Made by a program: the position numbers and the translations under genes | Assembly (NCBI GenBank): GCA_963844035.1 | Contig: CAWJMT010000005.1 | Coordinates: 192,001 to 256,000 of the forward strand | From: an uncultured Gemmatimonadales bacterium | Lineage (GTDB): Bacteria; Gemmatimonadota; Gemmatimonadetes; Gemmatimonadales; GWC2-71-9 | Reading direction: 5' to 3' | DNA length: 64,000 nt | Shown: positions 22,920 through 33,186 of the stretch, piece by piece | How positions within the stretch are numbered: the stretch's first letter is position 1 | How the letters are laid out: each line of letters starts with the position of its first letter | The notes under the pieces: generated by a model | Told to the model about the DNA's origin: nothing | Seen by the model: the letters and a program-made list of their open reading frames with translations, nothing else | The model's database searches: none

Positions 22920-23915
22920 ATGTTCACTCTTTCCCGACACATGGCTCGACTCCTCGTCATCGTCCCGCTCGCCGTGGCGCTTGCCGCTGCGTGCGAGCAC
23001 ACCGAAGGCCCACCGGTTGCCGGTCAATTGCTGGCCATCACGGTCACGCCCAACCCGGTCACCCTGCCCCCCAGCGGCCCCCAGCAGTTCGCTGCCGCGG
23101 GCACCGACATCACGGGCGCGGTCGTTTCCATAACGCCGGTGACCTGGTCCGTCGTGGCGAGCGGGGGAACCATCAACAGCAGCTCGGGTTTGTTCACCGC
23201 GGGTGCGACGCTCGCGACGTTCCCCAGTACGGTGCGGGCGTGCAATAGCCTCGGTGACACGTGTGGCTTCGCGACCGTGATCGTAGCCAACACCGCCCCG
23301 GTCGGGCCAACCCTGGGAACGGCGGCGACCTACGGGATCCTGGCCGGCGCGTCGGTCACCTGTGCCGGCGCTCCGGGCACCATCAACGCCGATGTGGGCA
23401 TCAGCCCGGGCAACACGCTCACGGGCTTCCCGCCGTGCACGATCACCGGCGTCCAGCACCTCGGGGACGCGACCGCGCTCACGGCGCAGAACGACCTCAC
23501 CGCGAACTACAACGCGCTCGTCGCCCTGAATTGCACCAGCACCATTGTCGCCGATCTGGGCGGCACGACGATCACGCCGGGTGTGTATTGCGGCTCGTCG
23601 TCGGTGGCAGTGACGGGCACCCTGACGCTCGACGGCCAGGGCAACGCCAACGCGCTGTTCGTGATCAAGGCCGGGTCCACGCTCACGACCGGCACGGGCG
23701 CGAATATCGCGCTCACCAATGGCACCCAGGCGAAGAACGTGTGGTGGCAGGTCAGCAGCTCCGCGACGCTCGGGACCGGCACGACGTTCCGAGGCAACAT
23801 TATCGCGTTAACGACCATCACCCTCGCCGGCACCGCCAACATGACCGGCAGGGCCTTGGCGCGTAACGGGTCCGTGAGTTTGGCGGCCACCGGCAACACC
23901 ATCACACTGCCGTAG
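22920..23915 (+). CDS. Ice-binding-family (DUF3494) lipoprotein 2 with N-terminal Ig-like domain
   Basis: LAAAC lipobox; LGTAATYGILAG, LGGTTITPGVYC, NVWWQVSSSATLG, GRALARNGSV. Confidence 0.92.
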   Translation: MFTLSRHMARLLVIVPLAVALAAACEHTEGPPVAGQLLAITVTPNPVTLPPSGPQQFAAAGTDITGAVVSITPVTWSVVASGGTINSSSGLFTAGATLATFPSTVRACNSLGDTCGFATVIVANTAPVGPTLGTAATYGILAGASVTCAGAPGTINADVGISPGNTLTGFPPCTITGVQHLGDATALTAQNDLTANYNALVALNCTSTIVADLGGTTITPGVYCGSSSVAVTGTLTLDGQGNANALFVIKAGSTLTTGTGANIALTNGTQAKNVWWQVSSSATLGTGTTFRGNIIALTTITLAGTANMTGRALARNGSVSLAATGNTITLP

Positions 23916-24014
23916 GCGTCCGTTCGCACGCTGGCGCGGGAGCCGGAGACCAATCCGGTCGCCGTCTCCCGCACCCGCCGGAAGCCGTGACTTTACACAG
24001 ATTGGGGAGAAGAC

Positions 24015-25060
24015 ATGCGTGATCAAATGCTGAAGAGTGTGCGAACGCTGGCGGCGTTCCTGCCGGTGCTGGTGCTGGCGCAGCCGGTGGCGGCCCAGCA
24101 GGCGGCCCATCGCGAAGGCAGCTGGGAATTCAGCCTGGGCGGCGGCGCGATGTTCGCTCGACAACGGACCTCGCGACCTATCTCGGGAGCGCAGGGTTCG
24201 CCGACAACGCCGACCCGAGTGGCACCGTGCCCGGCGGGGTGGTGCGCTTGGGCTACAACATCGACAAGCACCTCGGGTTCAGCGGCGGTGCCGGATTTGG
24301 CACCGGGTCCGGCGTGAAGTACCTGACGCCGTTCGGCGACTTCACCTACACGATCAACCTGAACGCGAAGACGAGCCCCTTCCTCACCGGCGGCACGCAG
24401 TTCACCCGCATCACCGGCAACGACCGCGTCACACACCCCGTCTGGGGCGGGCGCGTCGGCCTCGGTGTCCGGCACATGCTCAGCGAGAACCTGGCGCTGC
24501 GGCTCGAGGCCCGGGCGGGGTTCGAGCACTACGCGGAGATTGCCGGGACCCAGATGAACCCTGTCGTGACGCTGGGCATCTCGTACTTCACCGCCGGCCG
24601 CCAGCCCCCGGTCGCCGTGGTGCCGCCGCCGTGTCCGGTGTGTGCGCACGCGCGGGTGGATACCGTGTGGCGGACGACGCCGGCGCCGGCCCCCATCACC
24701 ATCGTGCTTCGCGATACGCTGGTGCTCGAGGGCGTCAACTTCGACTTCGACTCCTCGGCCCTGACGCCCGAGTCCCACTGGGTGCTCGACCGCGTGGCGC
24801 AGGAGATGCTCAAGCCCGAGTGGGTGAACACCCGCTGGGAGATCGCGGGTCACACGAGTAGCATCGGCACGCACGAGTACAACATGGCGCTGTCGCAGCG
24901 CCGGGCTGAGGCCGTGCGGGCGTACCTCGTGTCGCGCGGTGTCCCGAACACCCGGCTGACCCCGAAAGGGTACGGCGAGACGAGCCCCATGTACCCGAAC
25001 GACAATGAGGGGCGCAACTGGCGGAACCGGCGCGTGGAGCTGCGGCGCATCAAACCGTAA
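24015..25060 (+). CDS. OmpA-family protein (beta-barrel plus peptidoglycan-binding domain), frameshifted
   Basis: GVNFDFDS, IAGHTSSIG..YNMALSQRRAEAV, GYGE..P, NRRVEL. Confidence 0.9.
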
Positions 25061-25080
25061 CGCCCAACGCAGTCTGATCG

Positions 25081-25122
25081 ACGTCGAGCCTCGTTCCGGA
25101 CCATCGGAACGAGGCTCGATGT
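25081..25122. terminator. 18-bp stem hairpin between ompA and kaiC
   Basis: ACGTCGAGCCTCGTTCCG-GACCAT-CGGAACGAGGCTCGATGT. Confidence 0.55.
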
Positions 25123-25191
25123 ATGTTCGGGGTGGGGGCGCTACCGTTCGAGGACCACCATTTGTTAGGGCCACTGTGCGCTGGTGAGTGC

Positions 25192-26764
25192 ATGACCGAC
25201 AACCGTTCGTAGCCGCACGCCGACGCCGACGCAACGAGCCGGAAACGGGAGCCGGTCTCCCAGGCGCCCGCTCGCCAAGGCCCCGACCGGCATCCCGGGG
25301 CTCGATGAGATCACCAACGGAGGCCTGCCCCGCGGGCGGCCCACGCTGGTGTGCGGCGGCGCCGGCTGCGGCAAGACGCTGCTCGCCATGGAATTCCTCG
25401 TGCGCGGCGCGCTCGACTACAACGAGCCGGGCGTCTTCATGTCGTTTGAGGAGACCGCCGAAGACCTGGTGGAAAACGCCCGGTCGCTCGGTTTCGACCT
25501 GCAGCGGCTGAGCGCCCGCCGGCGGCTGCTGCTCGATCACGTGCGCCTCGAGCGCACCCAGCTGACGGAGGCCGGCGAATACGATCTCGAGGGGTTGTTC
25601 ATCCGGCTGGGCCACGCGATCGATTCGATCCGCGCCAAGCGGGTCGTCCTGGACACCATCGAGCTGCTCTTCTCCGGGCTCTCCGACGCGTCTGTGCTGC
25701 GCGCCGAGCTGGCCCGGCTGTTTCGGTGGCTCAAGGCGAAGAAGGTCACGGCCATTGTGACGGGCGAGCGGGCGGGCGATCGCCTGACGCGCCACGGTCT
25801 CGAGGAGTTCGTTTCCGACTGCGTGATCGTGCTCGATCACCGGGTGACCGAGCAGAGCGCCACCCGGCGGTTGCGTATCGTCAAGTATCGCGGCTCGGGG
25901 CACGGCGGCAACGAGATGCCGTTCCTGATTGACGACCATGGCGTGTCGGTACTGCCGATCACTTCGCTGGGACTCGCGCACCAGGCGTCCACCGCACACG
26001 TGTCCACCGGGGTGGCCGGGTTGGACGGGATGTTTGGAAAGAAGGGATACTTTCGCGGCAACAGCGTGCTCGCGTCGGGAACGGCGGGCACCGGCAAGTC
26101 CAGCTTGGCGGCCCACTTTGTGGCGGCCGCGTGCCGGCGCGGAGAGCGCTGTCTGTACTTCGCCTTCGAGGAATCGCCGAGCCAGATCATGCGCAACATG
26201 CGGTCGATCGGCATCGCCCTCGAGCCCTGGATACGCCGCGGCCTGCTGCGCGTGCACGCCGAGCGGCCGACGGCCCTCGGCCTGGAAGCGCACCTGGTGG
26301 CGATGCACCGGCTCATCGACCAATGGCAACCCCGGGTAGTCATCGTGGACCCGGTCACCAACCTGATCGCGGTCGGCAGCGAGCTCGAAGTGAAGGCGAT
26401 GCTCGCGCGGCTCATCGATTTCATGAAGCTGCGGCAGATCACCGCGCTCTTTACCTCCCTGACCGAGGGCGGCGGCGCGGCCGAACGCACCGACCTGGGC
26501 GTGTCGTCGTTGATGGACATCTGGATGCTGCTCGGGAACCCGGAGGCGAACGGCGAGCGCAACCGGACGATCCAGATCGTCAAGGCCCGCGGCATGGCGC
26601 ACTCGAACCAGGTCCGCGAGTTCGTGATGAGCGACCGCGGCATCACGCTGGTGGACATCAGCCGCCGCGCCGACGGGAGCGTAGCCATCGGGGCGGCCCG
26701 CGGTGCGCAACAACAAGCGCGTGCCGGCGATCCCAAGCCCAGGCGCGGGCGCCGGGTCGAATGA
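25192..26764 (+). CDS. kaiC: KaiC (double RecA-fold ATPase); start approximate, likely indel near the 5' end
   Basis: [19 protein letters not shown]; Walker A GGAGCGKT and [11 protein letters not shown] x2; [19 protein letters not shown]. Confidence 0.95.
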
Positions 26765-27063
26765 AGAACGGAGCGCGCCGGACTTGGCGGCTGCGGCTGT
26801 ACGTGGCGGGGCAGACGCCAAAATCGATCGCCGCCCTGGCCAATCTGACGCGCCTGTGCGAGGGCCACCTCGCCGGCCTATACCGCATCGAAGTGATCGA
26901 CCTGGTGAAGCAGCCACACCTGGCGCGCCGGGACGACATCGTCGTGCTCCCGACCCTGGTGCGACAGCTGCCGCCGCCGATCCGCAAGATCATCGGCGAT
27001 CTGTCGAACGAGGAGCGGGTGCTAGTCGCGTTGGAGATGCTGCCGCATGATGACACGAAGTAG
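26761..27063 (+). CDS. kaiB: KaiB
   Basis: [12 protein letters not shown]...IEVIDL...[23 protein letters not shown] overlap with kaiC. Confidence 0.95.
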   Translation: MKNGARRTWRLRLYVAGQTPKSIAALANLTRLCEGHLAGLYRIEVIDLVKQPHLARRDDIVVLPTLVRQLPPPIRKIIGDLSNEERVLVALEMLPHDDTK

Positions 27064-27075
27064 GCAACGCTCGCC

Positions 27076-28245
27076 GTGACGAAGAGACGCAAGGCGCCGC
27101 GCCGCCGCTCTCCGGCTCGACTGGCCAAGCTGCAGACCCGGCTCCGAGCGGCCGAGGACACCCTGCGTGCCCTCCGCGTCGGAGACGTCGATGCGCTGGT
27201 GACCACCCGCGGCGGGGACGAGCATGTGATCACGCTCGATGGTGCCGACCTCCCCTACCGCATTCTGCTGGACCAGATGTTCGCCGGCGCGGTCACGCTG
27301 ACGCCGGACGGTGTCGTCATCTACTGCAATACCCGGTTTGCCGACATCGTGCGGACGCCAATTGCACGCGTCCTCGGCTCGGCGATGAGCCGCTTTGTGC
27401 CGCCCTCTGAGCGGCCAACCCTCGAGGCGCTGCTCGCACGGGGGCTGGAGGGCCGCGCGGGGAGCGAGCTGGAGCTCCGGGTTGGCGATGGCGCCCGGGT
27501 GGCGGTCTCGGTCACTTTCGCTCCCCTGCGGTTGGCGGGGAGCGCCGGGGTCAGCGGCGTGATCGGCGTGGTCGTGGATGCGACCGAGCGGAAACAGCAG
27601 GAGGATCTCCGTTCCCGGCTGATCGAGCAGGTGATGACCGCGCAGGACGAGGAGCGGCGGCGGATCGCCCGTGAGCTCCACGATGAGACCGGGCAGTCGC
27701 TCACCGCGATGTTGGTGGGGCTGCGGACGATCGAGGAGTGCAGGACCGCAGCGGAGGCAGCCGGGCTGGCGCAGCACCTGCGCGCGGTCGTCGCCCAAAC
27801 GCTCGTGGACGTCGGGCGGCTCGCGCGGGGACTGCACCCGAGCGTCCTCGACGATCTGGGGCTCGCCGCGGCCGTGACCAACCAGGCGCACGATCTCGAG
27901 GAAATGCACGGAATCGCCGTGGACGTGCGCATCGAGGGACTCGATGCCGAAGCGTTGCCGCCCCTGCTGCAGACGACGGTGTACCGCCTCGTCCAGGAGG
28001 CGCTGACCAATGTGGCACGACATGCCAAGGCACGGCGGGCGACAGTGCGGCTGGTGCGAGACGAGGCGACGGTCGAGCTGCGCGTGCAGGATGACGGCAT
28101 CGGCTTCGCTGCGCGAAATCAACGGGGCCTCGGCCTGCAAGGCATGCGGGAGCGCGCCGCCCTGCTCGGCGGCTCGGTCGCGATCGAGTCGCCCCCGGGA
28201 GGCGGGACGACCGTCGCGGTCCGCTTTCCCGTGCGCGGCGTCTAG
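27076..28245 (+). CDS. PAS-domain sensor histidine kinase (HisKA_3)
   Basis: PAS domain; ERRRIARELHDETGQ, QEALTNVARHA, DDGIG, GLGLQGMRERA. Confidence 0.93.
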   Translation: MTKRRKAPRRRSPARLAKLQTRLRAAEDTLRALRVGDVDALVTTRGGDEHVITLDGADLPYRILLDQMFAGAVTLTPDGVVIYCNTRFADIVRTPIARVLGSAMSRFVPPSERPTLEALLARGLEGRAGSELELRVGDGARVAVSVTFAPLRLAGSAGVSGVIGVVVDATERKQQEDLRSRLIEQVMTAQDEERRRIARELHDETGQSLTAMLVGLRTIEECRTAAEAAGLAQHLRAVVAQTLVDVGRLARGLHPSVLDDLGLAAAVTNQAHDLEEMHGIAVDVRIEGLDAEALPPLLQTTVYRLVQEALTNVARHAKARRATVRLVRDEATVELRVQDDGIGFAARNQRGLGLQGMRERAALLGGSVAIESPPGGGTTVAVRFPVRGV

Positions 28246-28250
28246 CACGC

Positions 28251-28913
28251 ATGCCGAAAATCCGCGTGCTCGTCGCCGACGACCACACCGTCCTCCGGGC
28301 CGGCCTGACGCTGCTCATCAACGCTCAGTCCGATATGGAAGTGGTGGGCGAAGCCGCCGACGGCGCCGAAACGGTGAGCCGGGCGCGGGACCTCGGGTGC
28401 GACGTCGTCCTCCTGGACCTCACCATGCCCGGCTCCTCCAGCACCGCGGTCATCGGATGGCTGAGGCGACTGGACCCAATGCCGCGCATTCTCGTGCTCA
28501 CCGGGCACGACGATCCGGCCTACCTGCGCTCCGCGCTCCGGGCCGGCGCGTCCGGTTACATCGTCAAGAGCGTGGCGGACGTCGACCTGTTGGCCGCGAT
28601 CCGCGTTGTTTACGACGGCGGCAGTTTCGTACGGTTGACGCGTTTCGGCGAACCGACGGGGGGGGATGTGGTCCGGCGTGGCTCCGGCGACTCGCCGGCT
28701 GTTGCGCCGTCCCGGCCGCTCAGCCGGCGGGAGGTCGAGGTGCTGCGACTCCTGGCGCAAGGGCATACGAATCAAGAGGTTGCGGATCGGTTGACCGTGA
28801 GTACCAAGACCGTCGAAACGCACCGCCGGCGCCTGACCGACAAGCTGGGGCTCAAGAGCCGCGCCGAGCTGTTCAGCTTTGCCGTCGAGGCTGGCCTGTT
28901 CGAGAAGTCGTAG
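28251..28913 (+). CDS. NarL/NreC-type response regulator
   Basis: ADDH...LLDLTMP; LSRREVEVLRLLAQG..TVETHR HTH. Confidence 0.93.
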   Translation: MPKIRVLVADDHTVLRAGLTLLINAQSDMEVVGEAADGAETVSRARDLGCDVVLLDLTMPGSSSTAVIGWLRRLDPMPRILVLTGHDDPAYLRSALRAGASGYIVKSVADVDLLAAIRVVYDGGSFVRLTRFGEPTGGDVVRRGSGDSPAVAPSRPLSRREVEVLRLLAQGHTNQEVADRLTVSTKTVETHRRRLTDKLGLKSRAELFSFAVEAGLFEKS

Positions 28914-28925
28914 CGGCTCGACGGT

Positions 28926-28943
28926 GTCAGGGATTTTCCCGAC
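28926..28943. promoter_or_regulatory. Imperfect palindrome GTCAGGGATTTTCCCGAC (candidate response-regulator box)
   Basis: Similar palindrome upstream of the paralogous regulator (43347-43364). Confidence 0.4.
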
Positions 28944-29043
28944 GCCTGTCTCTATCGCGTTACAGTTCCCCTATACCCACCGCCCCCCAGTTTGCTGTAG
29001 TATTCATGCTCTGTGAGCGCGTGTCACGCGGGCCGCGCCCGAA

Positions 29044-29760
29044 TTGCCCCGCGAAGATCACTCAAGGATCCTGCAACTGCCGAAACGCCCTCAGGTCGAA
29101 CGCATCCAGGTGGTGGTCATCGACGACAACCGCCTCGTACGCGAGGGGCTCAAGGCCCTGCTCGATGCGATGCCAGACTTGAAAGTTGTGGCGACCGCGG
29201 AAGATGTGACCGACGGACTGCGCCAGGTGCGGGAGTTGACACCCCAGGTCGTGCTGCTGGATGCGACGATGGACAACGGCGACACCGCTCGCTGCGTGGA
29301 AACGCTCCGCAAGACCACCCCGACAGCCAAGGTGATCGTGATGGACCTGCTGGCCGGGCCTGAAGACGTGATCGAGTTCGTCAAGGCGGGGGCCAACGGA
29401 TTCGTCATGAAGGACGCGACGCTCGACGATCTCGTGCGCACGATTCGATCGGTCGCCGAGGGAGCGGACGTGGTTCCCCCCGCCTTGACCGGGACGCTGC
29501 TGTCGCACATCGCGCAACAGGCGGTGACCCGTCATCTGCCGGGCGTCGAGCAGGCCGTGCGCATGACGAAGCGTGAGCGGCAGATCATGGATTTGATTGC
29601 GGAGGGTCTGAGCAACAAGGAGATCGCGCAGCGGCTCAACATTGCGACCTACACGGTCAAGAGCCACGTGCACAACATTCTGGAAAAGCTGGCGTTGCAC
29701 AGCCGGCTGCAGATCGCCGCGTATACCCACAAGGCCGGAGCTGTTCCCGCCGCGACGTAG
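29044..29760 (+). CDS. NarL-family response regulator (start uncertain)
   Basis: IDDNRLVREG, LLD; MTKRERQIMDLIAEGLSNKEIA...TVKSHVHNILEKL. Confidence 0.92.
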   Translation: MPREDHSRILQLPKRPQVERIQVVVIDDNRLVREGLKALLDAMPDLKVVATAEDVTDGLRQVRELTPQVVLLDATMDNGDTARCVETLRKTTPTAKVIVMDLLAGPEDVIEFVKAGANGFVMKDATLDDLVRTIRSVAEGADVVPPALTGTLLSHIAQQAVTRHLPGVEQAVRMTKRERQIMDLIAEGLSNKEIAQRLNIATYTVKSHVHNILEKLALHSRLQIAAYTHKAGAVPAAT

Positions 29761-29769
29761 TCCCCTTCG

Positions 29770-30216
29770 ATTGGCCGACTGTACTGCGAACGCGCGGGTC
29801 AGGCCCCGCGTGGGCCGCCGTTTGCGGCAACGACTTTTTTCGCCGTGCGTGGGCCACCGTTTGCGGATGCGACTTTTCGCCGTGCGACTGCCTGCCCGGG
29901 CAACGGGTAACGCAAACGAAAACTTCGCAGGTCCCGTGAGGGCGAAGTCCATGTTCAGCTGCTTCAGCTGCGTCTCGATCGCCCGATCGACGTCGGGCAC
30001 CTGCGCGGGGTTGTCGGTGACGACAAGGATGTGGGTGATGTTGGTTTCGAGCACGATCCGGCCGGTCCACAGGCGTCCTCCACGCAGCGCCGCCGACTGG
30101 GCCCGGCGGAGCAGGGCCTTGATCTTCTTGAACCGCATCTCGGGCTGAGGCGGATTGAGCTCATAGGCGTAGACCCAGCGGGTCTTGGCCGCTCGCCGCG
30201 GTCGCTTGAGAACCAT
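29770..30216 (-). CDS. Hypothetical basic protein (3' end uncertain)
   Basis: GGAGGAG RBS, MVLKRPRRAAKTRWVYAYEL...HILVVTDNP; tail crosses a 37-39-bp tandem repeat. Confidence 0.55.
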
Positions 30217-30456
30217 CGAACTCCTCCTTCTCGTATTCATCAGCTATTCATCAGCCGCGCACTTCCGGCGTAATGCTGTCAGTACTCGCAGTACGCGCGC
30301 AGCATCGCAGCCTCTCCTACCAGATCGCAACCTATCGCGCCCGTGTTGTGTGGCGCCATCCATCATGAGGACGACACTCACCTCGGTCGAATAGACCTCC
30401 ATCCTACGACGTAGTCCGTTCGATGCGCAGTGACCCCGTCCGCTCGGCAAAAATCT

Positions 30457-30487
30457 CTAACTCATTTCTCATCCCATCTGGGGATGT
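30457..30487 (+). promoter_or_regulatory. Shared upstream motif, copy 2 (CTAA-N8-TCATCC-N7-GGATGT)
   Basis: See motif finding. Confidence 0.6.
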
Positions 30488-30621
30488 TCCCCGCGGGCCG
30501 GCATGCGCAGGTTGCGTGCAGGGATTTGGCAGTCCACAGCGGGACGAATTGCGGGAGCACACATGAACCCCATCACACAGAGCAGCAGCACGGGAACGAT
30601 GCTGTACGCGGGAGACCGGGT

Positions 30622-30843
30622 ATGAAGCCGTTAGCGCTGGCGGGAATCGTCCTGGCGGTACTTGGCGGCTTCATCGTGTTCAGAGGCATGAGCTACGGCT
30701 CTGAGCACAACGTGATGAAGGTCGGCGACCTGCAGGTCTCCACCAAAGAGCAGCACACAATTCCCGCCTGGATGGGCGGCGTAGCACTCGTTGCCGGCGT
30801 GCTGTTGGTCGCCGCCGGCGTTGGCAGACGGCGTAGCGCATAG
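30622..30843 (+). CDS. Small two-TM membrane protein
   Basis: MKPLALAGIVLAVLG...KVGDLQVS...IPAWMGGVALVAGVLL. Confidence 0.75.
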   Translation: MKPLALAGIVLAVLGGFIVFRGMSYGSEHNVMKVGDLQVSTKEQHTIPAWMGGVALVAGVLLVAAGVGRRRSA

Positions 30844-30855
30844 GGAGATAAGAAC

Positions 30856-31005
30856 ATGATTTGGACACTCGCACTCGTCTTGGTCATTCTCTGGGCCCTT
30901 GGCCTGGTGACGTCGTACACGTTCGGGGGAATGATTCACCTGCTCCTGGTCGTGGCGCTCGTGGTGATCGTCATTCGTGCCCTCCAAGGTCGAAGGGTTG
31001 TGTAG
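30856..31005 (+). CDS. lmo0937-family small membrane protein
   Basis: MIWTLALVLVILWALGLVTSYTFGGMIHLLLVVALVVIVIRALQGRRVV*. Confidence 0.85.
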   Translation: MIWTLALVLVILWALGLVTSYTFGGMIHLLLVVALVVIVIRALQGRRVV

Positions 31006-31024
31006 GTCTCCGGACGGAGGACGT

Positions 31025-31654
31025 ATGTCGAAGACATTGCTCACAGCGGTCCTGGTGCTTGGCGTTGCGGCGTGTTCGCCCGCCTCCGGCAAGAATGCGG
31101 AGGGCGGCGGCGCGTCCGCGTCACGCACCCTGGTCGAGGGGACGCGGATCGAAGCGACGACTGGGGATGCGCTGTCCTCGCGCCACAACGAGGCGGGCGA
31201 GACGCTCGCGGCAACCGTGAGCGCTGACGTCGAGGATGGGAGCGGCCACGTGGTCATTCCCGCGGGTTCCGCGGTGGCACTGCGGATCGTGCAGCTCGAA
31301 CCGGCCACCAACAAGAGTCAGGACGATGGGAAGATCGCGCTCGAGGCGACTGCTGTGACGGTCCGCGGGCAGGTCTATAGCATGAACGCGCGGCTCGACC
31401 CCGTCACGCACCAGCTGCACGGGCGGGGTGTCACGACCGGCGAAGCCGAGAAGGTTGGTGCTGGCGCGGCGATCGGAGCGGTGGCGGGTCGGGTGTTTGG
31501 CGGCGACACCAAGGGCGCGGTGATCGGCGGCGCGATCGGCGCCGGTGCGGGAACGGCCGTGGCCGTGCATTGGGCGAGCCGGGACGTGGTCGTCCCGGTT
31601 GGGACGCGCGTCACGTTTTCGCTGCCGCAGTCGCTCACCATATCGACTCGTTAG
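31025..31654 (+). CDS. Lipoprotein with glycine zipper
   Basis: GGAGGA RBS, VAAC lipobox; GAGAAIGAVAG...GAVIGGAIGAGAG. Confidence 0.8.
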   Translation: MSKTLLTAVLVLGVAACSPASGKNAEGGGASASRTLVEGTRIEATTGDALSSRHNEAGETLAATVSADVEDGSGHVVIPAGSAVALRIVQLEPATNKSQDDGKIALEATAVTVRGQVYSMNARLDPVTHQLHGRGVTTGEAEKVGAGAAIGAVAGRVFGGDTKGAVIGGAIGAGAGTAVAVHWASRDVVVPVGTRVTFSLPQSLTISTR

Positions 31655-31687
31655 AGCGAATCTCTCATCCAATCAAGGGAAGACGTC

Positions 31688-31990
31688 ATGATCCGTGTTG
31701 CAACGATCTTGCTGGCCGCGCTGTGCACCGCCGGCGCCACGCAGCTCCTGGGTCAACAGCCCATCCTCGCACCGGTGGTGGAAGGGCGCATTCCGCAGGC
31801 GAGCGCGCCCGGCGCACCGTTGCCCGGCCCGCGTCTCGCGCCGGAGTTGCGCAGCTACGAGCCGACCTTTGCCGACAACCGCGCCACGGGGCAGCCGTTG
31901 CTCATGAGCAGCGGTTCCAATAACACCTTCGTGATCTCGACGCTGTCGCTCGTGCTGATCGCCGTCATCGTGGTGCTGCTGGTGGCGTAG
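31688..31990 (+). CDS. Hypothetical secreted/membrane-anchored protein
   Basis: Signal peptide and C-terminal hydrophobic anchor. Confidence 0.65.
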   Translation: MIRVATILLAALCTAGATQLLGQQPILAPVVEGRIPQASAPGAPLPGPRLAPELRSYEPTFADNRATGQPLLMSSGSNNTFVISTLSLVLIAVIVVLLVA

Positions 31991-32043
31991 TCGGAGCGGG
32001 GCGTGCCGGTTGAACGCCCCGATCGCACACTAACCCATTGGTA

Positions 32044-32074
32044 CTAAGTCGAATTTCATCCTGCCGGGCGATGT
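32044..32074 (+). promoter_or_regulatory. Shared upstream motif, copy 3 (CTAA-N8-TCATCC-N7-CGATGT)
   Basis: See motif finding. Confidence 0.6.
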
Positions 32075-32188
32075 GCGTTTGCCGCGTACGCGGGCAGATT
32101 TGCATCAGGCGGTGAACTCGGAGACAGAGTTCCCGGGTTAGCTGCATGACTCTCGCAGTCTTCATCAAGCAGTTGAAGGAGGAACCCC

Positions 32189-33010
32189 ATGAACAAACTT
32201 CAGAACGCTTCGCGGGTGTTGTTGAGCGCGCTACTCCTGGCCGGGTTTGCGGCCGCATGTGGCGACGACGACACAACCGCCCCAACCAACCCATCCCCAA
32301 CCACCCCGGGCGCAGGCCCAGGCACGGGCGGCGGCGGCCATGGTCCAGCGCCCGTCGTTCTGGGAGCGGCCGGCACGTATGTGATTCTGGCAAAGTCCGG
32401 AGTCTCCAACGTTCCGACGTCCGCGATTACCGGGAATATTGGCTTGAGTCCGGCCGCGGCGAGCTTCATCACCGGGCTGCCACTCACCATTGACGCGGGC
32501 GGGACCTTTGCGACCACGCCGCAGGTGACGGGGAACGTCTACGCAGCCGACTATACCTCTCCAACTCCGTCGAACCTCACGACGGCGGTCAGCGATATGC
32601 AAACCGCATACACCGACGCCGCCGGACGACCGACGCCTGATCACACGGAGCTGGCGAGTGGCAACATTGGCGGGCTGACGCTCCCGCCCGGCCTCTACAA
32701 ATGGTCGAACACGGTTCTCATCCCGACCAACGTCACGCTTACCGGTGGCGCCAACGATACCTGGATCTTCCAGATCGCGGGCGGTCTGACCCAGTCCTCC
32801 GCAGCGCAGGTTATCCTGAGCGGTGGCGCACAGGCCCAGAACGTGGTCTGGCAGGTCTTCGGTGCGGTGGATATCGGAACGACCGGGCACATGGAAGGTC
32901 GGATCCTGTCGCAAACGTCGATCGTGTTGCGCACTGGCGCGGTGGCCAACGGCAAGCTGTTGGCACAGACCGCGGTCACGCTGGCCGGTAACACGGTTGT
33001 AAACAAGTAG
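32189..33010 (+). CDS. Ice-binding-family (DUF3494) lipoprotein 3
   Basis: LGAAGTYVILAKSGVS, DMQTAYTDAAGR, LPPGLYKW, WIFQIAG, NVVWQV, GKLLAQTAVTL. Confidence 0.95.
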   Translation: MNKLQNASRVLLSALLLAGFAAACGDDDTTAPTNPSPTTPGAGPGTGGGGHGPAPVVLGAAGTYVILAKSGVSNVPTSAITGNIGLSPAAASFITGLPLTIDAGGTFATTPQVTGNVYAADYTSPTPSNLTTAVSDMQTAYTDAAGRPTPDHTELASGNIGGLTLPPGLYKWSNTVLIPTNVTLTGGANDTWIFQIAGGLTQSSAAQVILSGGAQAQNVVWQVFGAVDIGTTGHMEGRILSQTSIVLRTGAVANGKLLAQTAVTLAGNTVVNK

Positions 33011-33067
33011 GCACGATCGGTAGAACCTGCTCCCGCAGGGGATGCAGCTTGATGGGGAGCAGCTAAG

Positions 33068-33094
33068 GAGGCCGTCGCGAGACGGCCTCTTTTT
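33068..33094 (+). terminator. Intrinsic terminator
   Basis: GAGGCCGTC-GCGA-GACGGCCTC-TTTTT. Confidence 0.85.
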
Positions 33095-33124
33095 GTTGCT
33101 GGAAACCTCCCCACACCAAAGTAG

Positions 33125-33155
33125 CTAAGTCGCAATTCACTCCGCTGGCCGATGT
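33125..33155 (+). promoter_or_regulatory. Shared upstream motif, copy 4 (CTAA-N8-TCACTC-N7-CGATGT)
   Basis: See motif finding. Confidence 0.55.
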
Positions 33156-33186
33156 TCCCCCGGTGCACCGGCAGGCACATTGGTGC

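Noticed and set aside
24023..26917. 964-aa minus-strand ORF and similar long antisense ORFs (9916-11820, 48963-51041)
   Set aside because: Shadow ORFs of real genes in high-GC DNA, with no recognisable motifs.
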